Assembly (NCBI GenBank): GCA_030637655.1
Contig: DAOWGI010000017.1
Span: forward strand, 1 to 29,000
DNA: 29,000 bases
Direction: 5' to 3'
From: a candidate division FCPU426 bacterium
GTDB taxonomy: Bacteria; Oederibacteriota; JAAXVQ01; JAUVAV01
The notes beneath the pieces are model-generated. The model did not search any database. It saw only the letters and a program-made list of their open reading frames with translations, and had not been told where the DNA came from. Positions 26,901 to 29,000 of this stretch are shown in pieces (positions within the stretch are counted from its first letter, which is position 1; every line of letters begins with the position of its first letter). Position numbers and translations under genes: made by a program.

Positions 26901-29000
26901 AGAGCCATAGCTCCTAAAGTATCTTTTATATATTTTTTAAGTAGTTCTAAATCCAACACCATTTTTTTTTGAGAATTAATAAGTAAATTGAAAATATAAT
27001 TTCTGAAGTTTACAATTCTATCAGTCAAACTCCTGTTCACCACCCCATGCACCCCGGCAAAAACTCCCACACCCAAAGCTATCAGCAATGGCATAGCCAA
27101 CTGTAAATGCAAGCCGGATACTAACGCGCTATAAAGCAGCGCGCTGGCTGCTGCGATAAACAAAGCTATTGCTACATTTATTGGCCGCGTAGCATATTTC
27201 TGCGTCCATTTTTTTATAGGATTATCATCTTCCAGGAAGGGATTGAATATCCGCAGCCAGACATCCAGCATATGCAGCAATACAAAGGCCGCTAAAATCG
27301 CGTTCAGGAAAGGATTGTCTAATAAAGGCGCAGCCAGACCAGCCGGCAGCAGGTTGATTAAACCATTGACCGCAGCCATCACATCCGCCCCGCTCAGGAA
27401 ATAACCGGCCGCCACGGCTGCCATGGCTGCCATGGCTGCCGCTGCCTCCGCTACAATCACTACCCACCCTTTATATTCAATTCCAAACCACTCCACCAGG
27501 CTCTGCAACCAACCTATCCTGCCGCCGGGGGGAGTTTGAGAATCTTTCGTGTCTGTCTCCATTGTCTGTAAAGCACTGGATCCCGTGCCTGGTACCTTTT
27601 GCACCGCCGGCGGAATTAAGCTTTTCGCAATTTCCGAAGATAAAAGTTTGGTGATATGAAAAATAACGACATCCGGAGCAGTAGGTTTTATTGCAGGGAG
27701 AAATTCAATCCAATTGCTTCTAGTACAAAAATCATGTAATTGATCGATGCTTATTTCTTCCAGGTTACTGGGCAGGTTTTGTATGATGCGTTCAAGTGCT
27801 TTCGTGCTGACCGCTTGATCACCCGAGGATAGAGCTTTGGCTAAATTGGTCGGCAAGTCACCCCGGATTTCAACCTCCCCTTCGTGTAAAGAGGCGATCA
27901 AGGCCAGAAATTTTAAAAATTTGGCAAAACGCTTATGCGTTTTATCTTTTTGAGCCAAGGCGCTTAACACAAAAGCGATTCCGCCGGTGAAGTCGGTTTT
28001 TCTTCGCAGAATTTCTTTCAATTCCTCACTTCGCTCACCAAAAGCTGTCTGTACGTCTATAACAATTTCACGCGTCTGGGCTTCGGTTAAATTGGGGCCA
28101 TTATAGCGTTTGGCGAATTTTCCGATTCTGAAGGCAAATAAATCTGCATCCGCTTTTTTAGATTCCTGCTCAAAATTCATGATAATCGGCAACACTTTGG
28201 ATAAAGCCGACGGATTCCAACCTGCCGTATCCAAGACCGTGTGGATCTTCAACCAGGGAAGCAATTCATGATTGATTCGCCTGGTAAAGGTCGAATACCG
28301 AATCTCGCCCCGGCCCAAAAATTCAATCATGGCCATATGCTCCCGGATTAGCACTGACGCCAAGCTGATGATGGCTGGCTCGACCCCGTACTCCTCCATA
28401 ATTCGCTCAGCGATTCGGGCTCCTTTGAGAGCATGATTGCCTTCATCGCCTTCAGAATAACCAATATCATGCAGGCGTAAAGCCCAACGCAATGCTATCC
28501 ACTCATGAGAAAACCGTTGCGGTTTGAGTCTGCTAAGCGCTTCCAAATGCTCTCGGAATTGGGCTTTCTCTTCACCTTCGGGCAAAACGCGCAGGAAATA
28601 TTCAAAATCACTAGGCTCATTAAACAAAGCCTCCTCAGCCTTAACCGCGTCTAAAATATGCTGGGCGCGGGACGGATCAATGGCCTTGATCTTTTTAAAC
28701 TCCGGCAGGTTGGTGATGTCCAACAGAGTCAGAGGCGACACTTGCTCCAAAACTCCGGTGTCTGGCGCCTTTTGCCCCGGTGTACTCAATTTATCTATGC
28801 CTGGCACCGATTTCGCTGAAAATACATTCCCCTGTGAGGTATCTACTTTTTCAAACATCCCAATAATATGTGCCCCTTGTCTCAATCTTCCATTTACTCT
28901 TAACCCTAGATTATATTCTTCTATCAAACGAAAACCATATGATTCCACTAATCGTTTCCAGCCTTCTTCCCATGGATAGTACTGTCCTGTCCACGGCATA
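23930..29000 (-). CDS. Giant multidomain membrane protein (at least 1689 aa, probably 5'-truncated) containing an HD domain
   Basis: Open frame to the window edge. WALRLHDIGY...NHALKGARIA...LIREH...D is HD-like; three multi-TM bundles follow; ends in KIFAGAA. Confidence 0.85.
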   Translation of the reverse strand, partial: MPWTGQYYPWEEGWKRLVESYGFRLIEEYNLGLRVNGRLRQGAHIIGMFEKVDTSQGNVFSAKSVPGIDKLSTPGQKAPDTGVLEQVSPLTLLDITNLPEFKKIKAIDPSRAQHILDAVKAEEALFNEPSDFEYFLRVLPEGEEKAQFREHLEALSRLKPQRFSHEWIALRWALRLHDIGYSEGDEGNHALKGARIAERIMEEYGVEPAIISLASVLIREHMAMIEFLGRGEIRYSTFTRRINHELLPWLKIHTVLDTAGWNPSALSKVLPIIMNFEQESKKADADLFAFRIGKFAKRYNGPNLTEAQTREIVIDVQTAFGERSEELKEILRRKTDFTGGIAFVLSALAQKDKTHKRFAKFLKFLALIASLHEGEVEIRGDLPTNLAKALSSGDQAVSTKALERIIQNLPSNLEEISIDQLHDFCTRSNWIEFLPAIKPTAPDVVIFHITKLLSSEIAKSLIPPAVQKVPGTGSSALQTMETDTKDSQTPPGGRIGWLQSLVEWFGIEYKGWVVIVAEAAAAMAAMAAVAAGYFLSGADVMAAVNGLINLLPAGLAAPLLDNPFLNAILAAFVLLHMLDVWLRIFNPFLEDDNPIKKWTQKYATRPINVAIALFIAAASALLYSALVSGLHLQLAMPLLIALGVGVFAGVHGVVNRSLTDRIVNFRNYIFNLLINSQKKMVLDLELLKKYIKDTLGAMALPSVRILVILGEPYYLMNIIMKREDLYKALDIDAKRMAADLVKTAKYLWEIAPRLLVAGIAFINYIYKDEFFTTFHLLTTAEKVAFVLPAYILGVFIKLFGNLLGQLTVPDLPGVKEETPDASQILGKNVLFGNEFLTLLSKYGNLFRNWIISDEPIVRSIKAELVENKEESIADVADENPPGAIKWMADKLGLDAVGTGRVETWVLNVMYVMFTSVLAQWFPDLNMSVYLFVPIGFLYGLMYLGHKFLGIVGIDEGKQTPEEIRAATKKAIITSLSFPVIVMVIGMIAASSGLVAPIWPAMAYIIAVIISREWHGEENKPLRKRKDDKDAANLAELEEQYLHEPNESPYKSLIGQEFSRYQADRPAAGIATEESKRRNILFGPNFNLRKNVIFAKSLFLSVTFRPKEEETDAPINAEFFEKKEEVVLSMPAWAWKMVLNDNAGIMPSLGRAIMRLWLRLALGSASQLRNLRLLMISLGINRKDALVESMVEMMTEDVKPLEISVIPKAGKDLTVAWNNFLKLCSPIIPLADVAALESQFNPETKQQVKKTSNRLKAFIKYLHLFFDPDNSVLNSAAKSQAGSLAKLLAQETGGEVSGKIKAMAEQALSAALTLPGFDLAYNNDEVKTISIAALPVMARALLEKVKQEEININPGLLAVLKKMAAKDIKCGEKIVMDKPEEVASLLQILKPQDTRTESTQSRYLGKNDFGKPVYAIASTREFTPFTFKDEDGETTYYLSVVGTVTAEEGQSRKAVIAEVNAGNIPIHRFGGRDLAKPADRTAGFNTWQKFRLIFGGARVHQSIARENASAYFNQIMAKLNRLMPVGAKALLIQVLENPDNTYLQRMLMAVFAAKDEKSAVRAQAKFARNLSALVTNYYKLFRENYTKDNLDLLEENMLNLMALTYLSELLDPIMVVEKNYAAPVNSELAPLIAMLEDKGIKQQDISIPFALLGFRGSLGALREMVRQHNYQPKNAQEFMRRAIKIFAGAA

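Overview
A 29-kb window from a diderm bacterium (lgt, TonB-dependent receptor, LolA-like protein), mostly coding on the minus strand. In order: a truncated MMPL/RND transporter missed by the ORF track, a GDPD-like enzyme, lgt, an internally deleted ATPase remnant, a response regulator, an ABM/LsrG-like protein plus Fe-dependent alcohol dehydrogenase, and a long co-directional envelope cluster (hypothetical, predicted OM protein, ApbE flavin transferase, TonB-dependent receptor, LolA-like protein, OM protein, LolD-like ATPase, two FtsX/LolE-like permeases). These are followed by a sulfur block (PP-loop tRNA thiolase-like, metY, cysK), SUI1, a membrane protein and the 3' part of a giant mosaic protein with an HD domain and TM bundles. 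The most notable signals are: (1) a three-gene ApbE module whose two neighbours both carry a non-glycine flavinylation-like motif, SDxVSxAT; (2) a 21-bp mini-hairpin nested five times inside different GTAG-REP loops, always just before a TG; (3) three REP palindromes read through inside one gene; (4) a ~163-bp MITE family with 8-bp target duplications; (5) direct repeats bracketing the HD cassette of the giant protein. I saw no rRNA, tRNA, CRISPR array or transposase. All family assignments come from motif recognition by eye, not database searches.
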